Shown piece by piece: positions 19,190 to 30,365 of a stretch of 64,000 nucleotides of DNA. Below the pieces are notes generated by a model that saw only the letters and a list, made by a program, of their open reading frames with translations, did no database searches and was not told the origin of the DNA. The first letter of the stretch is position 1; every line of letters starts with the position of its first letter. The stretch is from an uncultured Nitrospiraceae bacterium (lineage in GTDB: Bacteria; Nitrospirota; Nitrospiria; Nitrospirales; Nitrospiraceae). The translations under genes and the position numbers were made by a program. Where the stretch lies: contig CAWJWJ010000001.1 in NCBI GenBank assembly GCA_963846575.1, forward strand, positions 736,001-800,000, written 5' to 3'.

Positions 19190-19745
19190 TCCCCCAGAAC
19201 GTGGCCCGCCGAACGGGTTTTGTTCTGCCAGGCTCTCGATTAGTCGATCAGTACCACGATCGCAGATTTCCTGACCAAGCTTTCCCCCGTTTCAGGACCA
19301 TGATTTACCGTGGCGCTTAACGTGCCGTTCGACTGCACTCTCATTCGATCCACGCTCCAGGAGCACCTTGGTGAAGAGGATGGTTCCTGGAACCCGGCTC
19401 CACCCGGAGACTATATTGCCCACCGTCTGGCCCCAGGTGTCCCTCGCGTTCATCGTGTTGTAGATCGTAGGTGCCTTCTCGTAACGGCCTTAGGGAGAGC
19501 CTCCAGCCGCACATTCATTGGACTACCTTCCGAGTGGTCTGCGTTCCAGTTCTTGCCCCACGAGCCGGGGCATCCGGCGTATCGATTCAAGGGAGAATGC
19601 GGCGAGTTGCCTGATTCGCCAATGACGTGAGCCGCTCGCTTTGTTATACTCCGCGCCTCGGTACCTGGCAGGGTATACTCGCTCCAAGCTCATATTCATG
19701 TATCACAGGCAGATATCTCTCATCTGTCCGCAGCTAGCGCTATAG

Positions 19746-20309
19746 ATGATTACGGGTTCATCCGAGCGGTTCTGGGTTGATCGTCCGGTCCCTCCCGAGG
19801 TGGCTGAGGCCTCCCGTAAGGGCATCGTGCTCGACATCGGCTGCGGATCGCTTAAGCAGATCGGCACAGTCGGCGTCGATCAGCGGGCGTTGCCAGGGGT
19901 GGATGTGATCTGCGACTTCGAGCGGGGCCTTCCTTTTCGGGAGAGTTCAGTTGCCGCCGTCTACTCCATACACTCAGTCGAACATATGCGGGACTTGATC
20001 GGCTTCATGGTCGATCTCTACCGGGTCTGCGCGCCTGGCGCGCGAGTGTATCTCAAGACGCCCTACTACACGTCGCGCAAGGCGTTTATTGACCCGACGC
20101 ATGTGCGCTTCATGACGGAAGAAAGTTTCGAGTACTTCAAATCGCCCAATTATTACGGGCTCAAGACCAACTTTCGCACCGTGTCAATCGAGTTCGCGAT
20201 GCGCAAACCCTTCAAGTATTTCCCCGCCTATCTGCAGAAACGCTGCCGCCGCTATTTATGGAACGTGTGCGAAGAAATGATGGTTATCCTGGAGGCGGTT
20301 AAACCGTAG
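19746..20309 (+). CDS. class I SAM-dependent methyltransferase-domain protein
   Basis: LDIGCG; HSVEH; DPTH motif. Confidence 0.85.
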   Translation: MITGSSERFWVDRPVPPEVAEASRKGIVLDIGCGSLKQIGTVGVDQRALPGVDVICDFERGLPFRESSVAAVYSIHSVEHMRDLIGFMVDLYRVCAPGARVYLKTPYYTSRKAFIDPTHVRFMTEESFEYFKSPNYYGLKTNFRTVSIEFAMRKPFKYFPAYLQKRCRRYLWNVCEEMMVILEAVKP

Positions 20310-20313
20310 TCAG

Positions 20314-21201
20314 ATGCCGGAACCGGTCGTCACGGTTGTGATTCCACTGTTTAATGCGCAGGACGTGATTCGGGACACCCTCGAGAGTGTATTGGCTCAA
20401 ACCTATGGGGGTTATGAGATCGTCATCATCGACGACGGGTCGACGGATGGCTCGGGCGATGTGATCCGTTCCTATGGTGATTGTCTTCGGTACATCCGGC
20501 AGCCTAACGGCGGAGTCGCCCAGGCACGAAATCGAGGGATCGCAGCCGCGCGGGGCCGCTACATTGCGCTGCTGGATCATGACGACTTGTGGGCGCCCGA
20601 CAAGCTGGCGAAGCAAGTGGCGGTACTCGATGCACAACCTGCTGTCGGGATGGTCGTGACGGATGTCGCGCACATTGATCGCGCCGGCCGTCCGCTGCAT
20701 CAGGTCGGCCCTGCCTACCAGCCGCAGCATGAATTCGCTCGCCTGTTTGTGCAGGGTTTTGTTCCGACGCCATCGGCGACGCTTATTCGCGCACACATCT
20801 TGAAAGCGATCAGCGGATTCGATGAACAGTTCAACAGCGCTGGCATGGACGATCACGAGTTGTGGACCAGGATCGCCGAGGCGACCACCATTATGGGCAT
20901 TGCCGAGCCCCTCACGTACCATCGCAATCGAGAGATAAAGCCGGCTGATATTGCGCTAGGTCATCGTCCACTGCTTATCAAGAAGCTCATGGTACGTTTC
21001 AGCCGGGAGCCTGTGAAGCGACGCTATCTCCAACGAGAGATGGCCTTCTATCTGGCCGACCAGGGGAAATATTTAATCAAAGGCGGGCAGTGCCGGGAAG
21101 GCCGATCTGTTCTGCTGAGCGGGCTCAGGTTAAGTCTTGGCGAGGGAAAAAGTCTCAAGGCGGCTTGGCGTTGTGTCTCCCGGCTCGCGCGGTCCTTCTG
21201 A
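20314..21201 (+). CDS. glycosyltransferase family 2
   Basis: VVIPLFN, IIDDGSTD, ARNRGI, LLDHDD. Confidence 0.93.
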   Translation: MPEPVVTVVIPLFNAQDVIRDTLESVLAQTYGGYEIVIIDDGSTDGSGDVIRSYGDCLRYIRQPNGGVAQARNRGIAAARGRYIALLDHDDLWAPDKLAKQVAVLDAQPAVGMVVTDVAHIDRAGRPLHQVGPAYQPQHEFARLFVQGFVPTPSATLIRAHILKAISGFDEQFNSAGMDDHELWTRIAEATTIMGIAEPLTYHRNREIKPADIALGHRPLLIKKLMVRFSREPVKRRYLQREMAFYLADQGKYLIKGGQCREGRSVLLSGLRLSLGEGKSLKAAWRCVSRLARSF

Positions 21202-22531
21202 GGAAATCCCATCGGTGAGACCTGTCTCGAAAGAAGTGGTTGCCGCCGCTCTGGCCGCGCTGAGCACAACATTGCCGTTCGCAGTCGGCATTTTAAAAAA
21301 CGGCCTGATCGAGGTGCTACTGCTGGTGCCGGTGGCGTGGTTCCTCGTGACGTCCCGGAAGGACCGGGCCGCCCCGGCTCTGCTTCTGCTGGTTTCGGTC
21401 TGCCTGACCGCCACGATCTGTGATCTCATCTTGCGTCCCATTCTCGGTGCCCGACTGCATTACTCACCGATGAATCAGTATCAGCGACGCCTACCGGCCC
21501 TGCCGATGCTGGGGCGGTGGGATGCTCTGGTGAATTTTTCGGGACCTGTCTATGGAGATCTGGCAGCCATGACCGGAGATCCGGCTTTTCGTGAGCCGCG
21601 TCACATTGAGTTTCGGACCGATGCGCTCGGGTTCCGTAATGACAAGGTGCCGGCTGCCGTCGACGTCATCGTTCTCGGAGACTCATTTGCCGCTGGTGTC
21701 GGAGTGACACAAACGGGAACCCTTGCGCCAAGGTTGGCGGCTCGCTATGGCCTGTCCGTCTATAATCTTTCCTATCCCGGAGGCCCCTACGACCAGTTCA
21801 TTAATTTTTCCCTTGAGGTGCCGAAGTTGATGCTCGCGGCAAAAGCGGAACTTGTTTGGACATTGTTTGCAGGCAACGACCTGGAGGATGATGGCGGGGA
21901 AATCTGGGAAATTGAAGCTTTGCCGTGGCAACGAGGCCTTTCGTCTGCGTTGGTGGCATACCGCACCTTTCGGGGACGATCGCCGCTCAGGCAGGGATGG
22001 AATGCTCTTCGGAGCCGTTGGAGAGGGATTTCACAGCAGGTGATCGTCCGTGCGCTGCCCGATGGCCGTCCCCTGCTGTTCTACGGTCCGCACGAAGTGT
22101 GGGGTGAACGTCCTCGCGCCGAAGTGGAACGACATCCCAATTTCGCCAAGCTTCGCAAGACCTTGCAGGCCATGAGAGCCGCGACTGATCGTATGGGGGT
22201 AGAAGTGTTTGTCGTCCTCTTGCCGACCAAGGGGGAAGTCTACCGTGAACTCTTGAATCCTCAGGCCGCGTCAGATGCCTCGGGCCCGTCGGGATTTGCG
22301 GAAGCAGTACTCGGCGCCTGCCGGGATGCCGGTCTTCGTTGCCGGGACAGCAAGCCCTATTTGCGGGAGACGGCCAGGCGACTCTATGCCGCCTCGCAGG
22401 ACTTGTTATGGTGGCGGGATGATACCCACATCAATGAGAGCGGTCACCAGGCTATTGCATCGTTTGTCGCGGAGGAACTTCGACAAACTCAGGGCCTCGG
22501 ACCGTTGCAGGACCACGATGAAAGGTCGTAG
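21137..22531 (+). CDS. membrane-anchored SGNH/AlgX-like acetyltransferase or hydrolase (start uncertain)
   Basis: N-terminal TMs; LGDSF, GND and DTH..GH motifs. Confidence 0.75.
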   Translation: MAREKVSRRLGVVSPGSRGPSEEIPSVRPVSKEVVAAALAALSTTLPFAVGILKNGLIEVLLLVPVAWFLVTSRKDRAAPALLLLVSVCLTATICDLILRPILGARLHYSPMNQYQRRLPALPMLGRWDALVNFSGPVYGDLAAMTGDPAFREPRHIEFRTDALGFRNDKVPAAVDVIVLGDSFAAGVGVTQTGTLAPRLAARYGLSVYNLSYPGGPYDQFINFSLEVPKLMLAAKAELVWTLFAGNDLEDDGGEIWEIEALPWQRGLSSALVAYRTFRGRSPLRQGWNALRSRWRGISQQVIVRALPDGRPLLFYGPHEVWGERPRAEVERHPNFAKLRKTLQAMRAATDRMGVEVFVVLLPTKGEVYRELLNPQAASDASGPSGFAEAVLGACRDAGLRCRDSKPYLRETARRLYAASQDLLWWRDDTHINESGHQAIASFVAEELRQTQGLGPLQDHDERS

Positions 22532-22635
22532 ATTGCCCGCGAGCGGAACCGTGTCACGGAATCGAGCGCAACCATATCTATCCCGGCAAGTCAGGTGTTC
22601 TTTGGCTGCTGGGGGCGCGGTCAGAAAGGATCAAC

Positions 22636-23052
22636 GTGAGTAGCACCTCGACCGTTCAAATCTACACCGATGGCAGCTGTCTCGGGAACCCTGGCCCGGG
22701 AGGCTGGGCCTACATCATTGTTCAGCAGGGAGGGCAACGAAACGAGGGGTCGGGTCACAGCAGAGACACCACCAATAACCGCATGGAAATGATGGCCGCC
22801 ATCGAGGCCTTGAAGGCCCTTACGCCCGCCCAATCCGTCGTACTCCATTCCGATTCTCAGCTGTTGATCAAGACCATGACCCTCGGCTGGAAGCGTAAGA
22901 AGAATCAGGATTTGTGGGCCGAGTTGGATCGGCTCTGCCTCGTCCATCGTGTCACCTGGCAGTGGGTGCGCGGTCATAACGGACATCCGGAAAACGAAGC
23001 GTGCGACAGCCTTGCGCAACGGGCCGCTTCTATCGCGCGGTCTTCGCGCTGA
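22636..23052 (+). CDS. rnhA: ribonuclease HI
   Basis: YTDGSCLGNPGPGGW, TTNNRME, WVRGHNGHPENEACD. Confidence 0.96.
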   Translation: MSSTSTVQIYTDGSCLGNPGPGGWAYIIVQQGGQRNEGSGHSRDTTNNRMEMMAAIEALKALTPAQSVVLHSDSQLLIKTMTLGWKRKKNQDLWAELDRLCLVHRVTWQWVRGHNGHPENEACDSLAQRAASIARSSR

Positions 23053-23074
23053 GAGCAGACTCAGAAAGGACGGC

Positions 23075-23275
23075 ATGCACCTCCTGAAAGTCGGCCGATT
23101 CCACATCAACCTTGCCTATATCCAGTTCATCCATGAAGAGCGTGAAGATTTCATTCTTCATTTCAGCGAAGGCGCGAACATTCGCACCACCAGCGTGGCG
23201 CGTAATTCTCCTGATGGGGAGCTGCTCCAGCGTTTCATGACTTCCCGACAATGGGAGGATCCGACACAGAAGTGA
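23075..23275 (+). CDS. small hypothetical protein (66 aa)
   Basis: AAAGGA RBS; globular composition. Confidence 0.6.
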   Translation: MHLLKVGRFHINLAYIQFIHEEREDFILHFSEGANIRTTSVARNSPDGELLQRFMTSRQWEDPTQK

Positions 23276-23618
23276 GTGCGTCTCGGTCCCGCCTACCTCC
23301 CGTCACCTCAAATATGCATGTGTCCGACCCGCTTCACCGCATCGCGTACGAGTGCGTACTGCCCCGTCTGCGTGAGCGAGTATCGTAATTGGATCGGGAT
23401 GTGGACTCCCTCAATCCCGAGCAGGCGGTGATGCTCCGCCCCGTTCGCACCTGTACTCAGCCCTTGCGCTGAGTGCTCCGCAGCGCAGGAGCACTGCTAT
23501 AAGTATATATTATCGACGGTCTATATATAATCAATTGGACTGATGATATGGGGCACTGTACCATCCACTCAGGTAGTGAATGTGAGAGCTCCAGTGAACA
23601 GTCCAAGCAGGAGGCAGC

Positions 23619-23978
23619 ATGCAAACTGTACACATAATAAGGGGTGGTTTGTTTGTGGCAGCCCTGTTCGTAGGCGGATGTGCCACAGACGTCATTGAGC
23701 GATCAGTTGTTGCGGCCCAGCCAAACCCCGCTCCTCGCGTGACACAGGAACAGGCTCGAGACTTGACTGCACAATATCAGCGCCAGGCCGCTGACATTCA
23801 AGAGCTGGCTCAGCGTGTGCAATGGGAGGCAGAATGGTACGCCGGAAAATATGGGGTGAATGACCGGCAGTCGGCCATGCGACGTACTCAGGCTCAGCAA
23901 CTGTGGGCTGAGGCTGCCGACGCAGAGCGGTTGGCCCGTGACTACAGACGGCAGGTGCCGCACGGCCAGATATATTGA
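23619..23978 (+). CDS. putative lipoprotein
   Basis: AGGAGG RBS; VGGC lipobox-like motif; helical body. Confidence 0.7.
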   Translation: MQTVHIIRGGLFVAALFVGGCATDVIERSVVAAQPNPAPRVTQEQARDLTAQYQRQAADIQELAQRVQWEAEWYAGKYGVNDRQSAMRRTQAQQLWAEAADAERLARDYRRQVPHGQIY

Positions 23979-24059
23979 CACCGTACGCGCAGGGTCACGA
24001 GGAGCGGCCGGCTTAATTGATCGCTCCTGTGACCGAGCGTCAGGAACAAGGAGGACAGC

Positions 24060-24538
24060 ACGAAGACGGATATCGGACTCACATCCCATGACAGACTGGT
24101 ATTACCGGGATACTGAAGACCCTTTTGGCGAATGAGTATGTGTTGTACACCAAGACACGTCACTTCCCATTGGACGTTCGGGGACTTCACTTTCATGACC
24201 TGCACAAATTCTTCGAGAGCCAGTACGAGGAATTGGATGAGGTCGTGGACGAAGTCGCCGAACGCATCCGTACGCGTAATGACGTGAGCCCGGGGACGTT
24301 GGCCGAGTTTACGCAGATGACGAGACTCAAGGAGCAGCCGGAGAAGCAACTTGCGGCGAAAGACATGATCGGGCAACTTCTGTCCGATCATGAATCTGTG
24401 ATCCGGCAGTTGCGCATGGACGTGGAAAAGGTGGGAGGCGAATACCATGACGCTGGGACGAATGATTTTTCTGACCGGTCTCATGGAGCAGCATGAAAAA
24501 AAATTGCCTGGATGCTCCGGGCGCATTTGGAGGAGTAA
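24060..24538 (+). pseudogene. dps: Dps/ferritin-like pseudogene
   Basis: AAGGAGG then ACG in place of ATG; LYTKTR, FHDLHKFFESQYEEL..VDEVAERIR; frameshifts near 24095, 24470 and 24500; ends AWMLRAHLEE*. Confidence 0.85.
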
Positions 24539-24759
24539 CCCGTCAATATCTGGGCGAAGGCCGACTTCCTGCAGAGGGCCCGCTTTCGCAGTGATTCCGG
24601 CTACGCCGCTCCAGCCTAAGACCTGGAGCGGAGCTCTCTCACGGAGGTGCCGGAGGATGTTGGAGACTGTTTCTGTGTCCCATAGAGGGAATAGTTGGAC
24701 GTCGAGCTTGTGGAGAGGATGATGCAGACCAGATGAAGGGGGAGGTGAGCCCGGGGCCG

Positions 24760-25173
24760 TTAAAGGCCGGCCCGCGCTGATGGCGAAGGGCTGGGGTTGC
24801 AGGTATTGTCCGTACAGCCATTTGCACGGCCGGTCAGCCGGAGGCGGTTCGTTGCAAACCACCCATAGGCCTTCACAATGAGCGGTTCTACAAAGGATAG
24901 TCGACTCAGCCGCGCGAGGCTGCGCAACCCGACCGCTTCCCACATACCTCGGAAAACTTCGACAGCCGTGATCACCCTCCCATCCGCCCAGCGGGCGTGA
25001 ATCACCGCGCTGAGATCCGTGACAGCGAGCCCGGTCGATGCGGCATCGTATGCAGCAGATGAGAAATCGCAAAAGGCGAGACGCCCATGCCTGTCCATCC
25101 ATCTCATCAGCGCAATTTCCCGAGCACAGATGGGACAGGCTCCGTCATAGAATACGGTCAACGGATAGGGCAT
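24760..25173 (-). CDS. DCC1-like thiol-disulfide oxidoreductase (DUF393)
   Basis: FYDGACPICARE motif; Y..FA.NR. Confidence 0.88.
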   Translation of the reverse strand: MPYPLTVFYDGACPICAREIALMRWMDRHGRLAFCDFSSAAYDAASTGLAVTDLSAVIHARWADGRVITAVEVFRGMWEAVGLRSLARLSRLSFVEPLIVKAYGWFATNRLRLTGRANGCTDNTCNPSPSPSARAGL

Positions 25174-25195
25174 CGTCTCGATGGGGATCGGCCGG

Positions 25196-26110
25196 TTATG
25201 CACGACTGACCCGCCTTGTGAGCTGATCTAGCTTCTCATCCAGTTCATCGAAAGTTCCCAGAGTCTCGATGCCCGATTCCACAAAATGCTGGCGCAGGGC
25301 GAGCGCGCCATGGCCGCCGGCGAGGAGCGTGGAAACGGGTTTCACACCATCCGCGAGGGCCTGAATCACTTCCGCTGCCACACGGTCGGGAAGAGCGACC
25401 GGGAAGGAAAGAATGGTGAGGTCCGGAGATACATTCCGGCAGAGATTAGTGAGGGCAGGGATCGGCACGTTGGCGCCCAAATAGTAGACTCGACATCCGC
25501 GCAAGCGGCATCGATAAGCAACGGTGAGGGCGGCGATGTCATGCTCTTCTCCCGGGGGACAGGCCACCACCACTTTAACGCCGAATTCAGCCACTGGGAG
25601 CTGGTTCATGGCTGAAAACACCTTTTGTTGTATTTGTTTCGTCACGTAATGCTCGATGGCTACATTCACCTGGCCATCGTGCCAGAGTTGCCCGACCTGT
25701 TCTTGTAGTGGCAGCAAAATGCCGTGGAGCGCCTCTTCAAACGGAACGACGGCCACCGCTCCGTTCAAACGTTTCTCAAACGTCACCCGGTCAAACGGGT
25801 GCAACGCCGAAACCAACTCTTGCAGCAGCCGGTTGAATGTATTGTCCACGAGGGTTGCCCGCGGCGCGGCATTCCGTACCCGGGTCATCAGTTCTTCGCG
25901 TCCGAGCTGGGCAAGGGCGCCGATCGAAGCGCCCGCGTCCAGTTGTTCTTTGAGATAACGCAACAGAGCGACATCCTCGTCCGAATAATTTCGATAACGA
26001 TTGGCGCCTCGTGTCGGTTGTAGCAGGCCAAAACGTCGTTCCCATACCCGAATCACATCGCGACTCAAACCAGTAAGCTTGGCAACTCTTTGAATTCTAT
26101 GGGTATTCAT
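25196..26110 (-). CDS. CarH/LitR-type MerR regulator with cobalamin-binding domain
   Basis: MerR HTH (IRVWERRFGLLQP.R), W-x9-EH (WHDGQVNVAIEH), B12 motif GEEHDI..YLGANVP. Confidence 0.9.
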   Translation of the reverse strand: MNTHRIQRVAKLTGLSRDVIRVWERRFGLLQPTRGANRYRNYSDEDVALLRYLKEQLDAGASIGALAQLGREELMTRVRNAAPRATLVDNTFNRLLQELVSALHPFDRVTFEKRLNGAVAVVPFEEALHGILLPLQEQVGQLWHDGQVNVAIEHYVTKQIQQKVFSAMNQLPVAEFGVKVVVACPPGEEHDIAALTVAYRCRLRGCRVYYLGANVPIPALTNLCRNVSPDLTILSFPVALPDRVAAEVIQALADGVKPVSTLLAGGHGALALRQHFVESGIETLGTFDELDEKLDQLTRRVSRA

Positions 26111-26119
26111 TGCTGTGAC

Positions 26120-26149
26120 AGTATAGCCTCGAAGTCTAATGTTTGTCAA
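26120..26149 (-). promoter_or_regulatory. promoter of the regulator gene
   Basis: Minus strand TTGACA-18 nt-TATACT; spacer contains ACATTAGAC. Confidence 0.6.
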
Positions 26150-26168
26150 ACATATTTGAGATTAACTA

Positions 26169-26226
26169 TTGACACATTGGACATTATGCCTTATACATTA
26201 GACATAGTCGCTACAAACATTGAACA
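26169..26226 (+). promoter_or_regulatory. divergent promoter plus tandem direct-repeat operator
   Basis: TTGACA at 26169; ACATTGGACA (26174), ACATTAGACA (26195), ACATTGAACA (26217). Confidence 0.65.
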
Positions 26227-26245
26227 GAGTGATGTGGAGGTGACC

Positions 26246-26620
26246 ATGGCAACGTCGGCATTGAGGGAGCTCGCAGGAAGTCATGACATGCTGGATCGGC
26301 ACCAGAACCCACTGCATGGGCAGGTCTGCGCCCGATGCGGCGGACTCATTGTTGGTGAGTTTTGTATGGATCTACTAAACGGCGCAGACGAATGGAACTG
26401 TCCCATTGGCCGTTGCGTGCAATGCGGTGACATCGTCGATCCGGTCATCCTTCGGAATCGGCAGCTCAGCCAGCGACAAGCAGTCCCGGATCGTTCCTCA
26501 AAGGCTCAACCCGGAAGGCGTTCCGTGGAGACTTCTGGTTCAGCAGCCGCTGATACCTGTCGCGTTTCTCCCCATTCTTCTTCAATGTCCCGAGAAAAGC
26601 TGGATAGCGCGGATCGGTAA
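26246..26620 (+). CDS. small zinc-ribbon protein
   Basis: GGAGG RBS; CARCGG..CVQCGDIVDPVILRNR. Confidence 0.75.
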   Translation: MATSALRELAGSHDMLDRHQNPLHGQVCARCGGLIVGEFCMDLLNGADEWNCPIGRCVQCGDIVDPVILRNRQLSQRQAVPDRSSKAQPGRRSVETSGSAAADTCRVSPHSSSMSREKLDSADR

Positions 26621-26772
26621 ATATGATTCAACTCATTGAAATGCTTGAGTCTGTCCAGGGTGGTCTACGTATTGCTGTACATAGCCTCGGTATCCTGTCT
26701 GATGGGAGAGGGCCAGGTGTTTCAGTAGCGAGCACCTGAGAGTATCGGTCTGTTCAAACAAGGAGGTTTCCT

Positions 26773-27735
<963 letters not shown>

Positions 27736-27802
27736 CTTGTAACCGTGAGGGGGGGCGGGCATCCGCCTCTCCAACCGGGCCCTGAGGGGCAGGAGGTCCA
27801 GC

Positions 27803-28861
27803 ATGACACATTTACGCAGCATCCTTGGCGTGGGGCTTGTCTCGGCGATGACCCTCTTGACTGGAACAGCGCAGGCGGACGACTCAATGATCCCCGCGGA
27901 CATGGTGTATATCGGCCATGGTCCCTCGGCCATGGGATTGGACAGAGAGGCAAAGGCAGAGTCCGGTCGCCGACTGACGGCCTACGATAAGCGAATGAAG
28001 AAACCCTGGGCGGCCGAGGCCTTCCACGACGAAGGGCCGGCCCACATGGTGTTTTTAGACTCGTTCCTCATTGATACCTACGAGGTGTCGAACAAAGGCT
28101 ATGGCGAGTTCATCAAGACAAGCGGTCATCCGGCTCCGGCTTACTGGGACGATCCTCGCCTGAACAAGCCCCAACAGCCAGTGGTCGGAGTGAACTGGTT
28201 CGATGCCAAAACCTACTGCGAGTTCCGCGGCAAACGGTTGCCGACGGAGGCAGAATGGGAGAAGGCCGCCCGTGGTCCATTCGGCAATTTCTATCCCTGG
28301 GGGAACGAACTCGATCCTCAAAAGGCCAATTACAACCGGCAGCAGGATGCCACCTGGCCGGTGGACTCGCATCCGGAGGGGGCCAGTTACTACGGCGCGT
28401 TCAACATGGCGGGCAATGCCTTTGAATGGGTTTCGGATTGGTACGACCCGAAATACTACGGAAGGCTGGAGACCATGGTGAATCCGGCCGGTCCGGAGAA
28501 GGCCGTATGGCTTGGAGGTACCGGCACCTACGTGGACCGGCTGACGGTGGGAGAGAAGCGGGTCATTCGCGGCGGGTCCTGGATCGCCGCGGAAGGGACC
28601 ATCCGCTCTACGCATCGGTTCTGGAACCATCCGCTCAACAACAGTTACGGCGTAGGACTCGGGTTTCGCTGCGCCAAGACGGCGCCGCCTGAGTTCGAGC
28701 AACAAATCAGAGACGCCTATATCACCGCCCTGGTGGAAATGGGACGGGAGAAATTTGGCGAAGCCCTGCAGGTTGTCAACCGCGGGTTGGCCATGGACCC
28801 CAAGAATGTTCAATTGTTGGAGTTGCGGCCTCTGATTGATCAATCCATGAAGCGGCCGTGA
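27803..28861 (+). CDS. secreted FGE-sulfatase-fold protein with TPR-like tail
   Basis: Same motifs; close paralog of 26773 (GHPAPAYWDDPRL, HRFWN..NNSYGVGLGFRC). Confidence 0.92.
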   Translation: MTHLRSILGVGLVSAMTLLTGTAQADDSMIPADMVYIGHGPSAMGLDREAKAESGRRLTAYDKRMKKPWAAEAFHDEGPAHMVFLDSFLIDTYEVSNKGYGEFIKTSGHPAPAYWDDPRLNKPQQPVVGVNWFDAKTYCEFRGKRLPTEAEWEKAARGPFGNFYPWGNELDPQKANYNRQQDATWPVDSHPEGASYYGAFNMAGNAFEWVSDWYDPKYYGRLETMVNPAGPEKAVWLGGTGTYVDRLTVGEKRVIRGGSWIAAEGTIRSTHRFWNHPLNNSYGVGLGFRCAKTAPPEFEQQIRDAYITALVEMGREKFGEALQVVNRGLAMDPKNVQLLELRPLIDQSMKRP

Positions 28862-28917
28862 GAGTGAATGTCTAAAGCTGAGTCCGGCTTACTGTTCAGC
28901 ACGACGGAGGCAGAGGA

Positions 28918-29286
28918 ATGACATACGCTAACGCATTCGCGCTCGTGGCTTTTTTGACGGTGTTCCTCAGCGCAGGGGCCCTCCGGGCAGGTCCGATCGA
29001 TGTGAGCCACCATCCCCATCCTGAGAAAATCCAGATGGTGCATGAGGCGGAGCATAGTGTGGACAAGGCCTGGGAGATCTATCATCGCGCGGCGCTCGGC
29101 GGCACGATCGCATCGCCTCTCCTGCAAGCGGAAATCGAGCAGCATCTACATGACGCACGGACCCTCGTGTCCCAGGCGCAACGGGCCGCTGATCGGGGAG
29201 ATACGGTCGGGGTGGAGCGCCTGGTCGGTGAAATCAAGATCCATACAGCCCAGGCAATAGAGGGGAGCAAGGAGCAGAAGCAATGA
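28918..29286 (+). CDS. secreted His-rich helical protein
   Basis: Signal peptide; HHPHPE..HEAEH; stop overlaps the next start (ATGA). Confidence 0.7.
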   Translation: MTYANAFALVAFLTVFLSAGALRAGPIDVSHHPHPEKIQMVHEAEHSVDKAWEIYHRAALGGTIASPLLQAEIEQHLHDARTLVSQAQRAADRGDTVGVERLVGEIKIHTAQAIEGSKEQKQ

Positions 29287-30146
29287 GATACCGTCAGGAA
29301 CTGGCAGCCACGAGATGGAGACGTATCGTTCCGGGGGTCACGACATTGGGTGTGGTCGTGATGACAGCGGCGCTCGCGGCAGCCGCTGCCGCTGAACTTG
29401 ATCCGGTTCCCATGGTGAACATAACCGCCGGACCGTTCCTGATGGGCACTCAAAGTCCGAAGGGTCGCGCCGACGAGTGGCCGCAACGAAGCGTGCACCT
29501 CGATGCGTTCGCCATCGATCAAGTTGAGGTGACCAATGAACGCTACCTGACGTTTGTCAAGGCGAGCGGCCATCGGAATCCGCCGAATCCGTATGACAGC
29601 GGACTTCTCCTGTCGGCCAAAGGAATCGAGCAGCTGCCTGTCGTGCAGGTGACCTGGTACGACGCGAAGGCCTATTGCGCCTGGGCTAAGAAACGTTTGC
29701 CGACGGAAGCGGAATGGGAAAAAGCGGCTCGCGGCACCGATGGACGCCATTTCCCGTGGGGCGAAGCTCAGCCCACCCACGGCATGGCGAATTTCGATCG
29801 CGAATGGGATGGAGTGAAGACCCTGCATGCGGTGGGTTCCCTGTCGGGAGGCGATTCGCCTTACGGGATCAAGGACTTGTCGGGCAACGCTCGCGAATGG
29901 GTGCAGGACTGGTATGAAGCCGACTATTACGCGACTGCGCCTGACAAGAATCCCCGGGGACCGGATAAGGGGATTGTTCGGGTGATTCGAGGAGGCTCCT
30001 GGCACAGCCCCATCTCGGATATCACGGCGACGTCACGCGGACGAGGTGGATTTGCGTTACAGACGCATGGCACCGGTTTCCGTTGTGCCCGCGGGGGAAA
30101 TGAACCGGATCAAGAGCAATCGATGTCTGAGGAAGTTGCGAAGTAA
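29283..30146 (+). CDS. secreted FGE-sulfatase-fold protein
   Basis: FLMG, PVVQVTW, RLPTEAEWEKAARG, DLSGNAREW, RGGSW, GFRC. Confidence 0.92.
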   Translation: MRYRQELAATRWRRIVPGVTTLGVVVMTAALAAAAAAELDPVPMVNITAGPFLMGTQSPKGRADEWPQRSVHLDAFAIDQVEVTNERYLTFVKASGHRNPPNPYDSGLLLSAKGIEQLPVVQVTWYDAKAYCAWAKKRLPTEAEWEKAARGTDGRHFPWGEAQPTHGMANFDREWDGVKTLHAVGSLSGGDSPYGIKDLSGNAREWVQDWYEADYYATAPDKNPRGPDKGIVRVIRGGSWHSPISDITATSRGRGGFALQTHGTGFRCARGGNEPDQEQSMSEEVAK

Positions 30147-30365
30147 ACAGCATGGAAGGATGTTGTCTTGAACAGAACTCGATCGTTCGTTCCTGGTGGA
30201 CGCACCGCTACTCCGCACGGTGCCTCCCGCTGAGGCGGATGGGTTCTTCTACACAGAAGGACTCATCCCCTCGGTGAGGCATGGGAATACACGAAGCATC
30301 CGACCCACAGCAGCCCGGTGAGACGACGCCCTGATGGAGGAGGTCATCGTATATGGGGAGTTCCA

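Noticed and set aside
23276..23431. Possible 51-aa CxC..CPVC micro-protein
   Set aside because: No convincing RBS; the Cys pattern could be chance
23942..25102. 386-aa minus-strand ORF
   Set aside because: Overlaps DUF393 and the Dps pseudogene and has no recognisable motifs; shadow ORF
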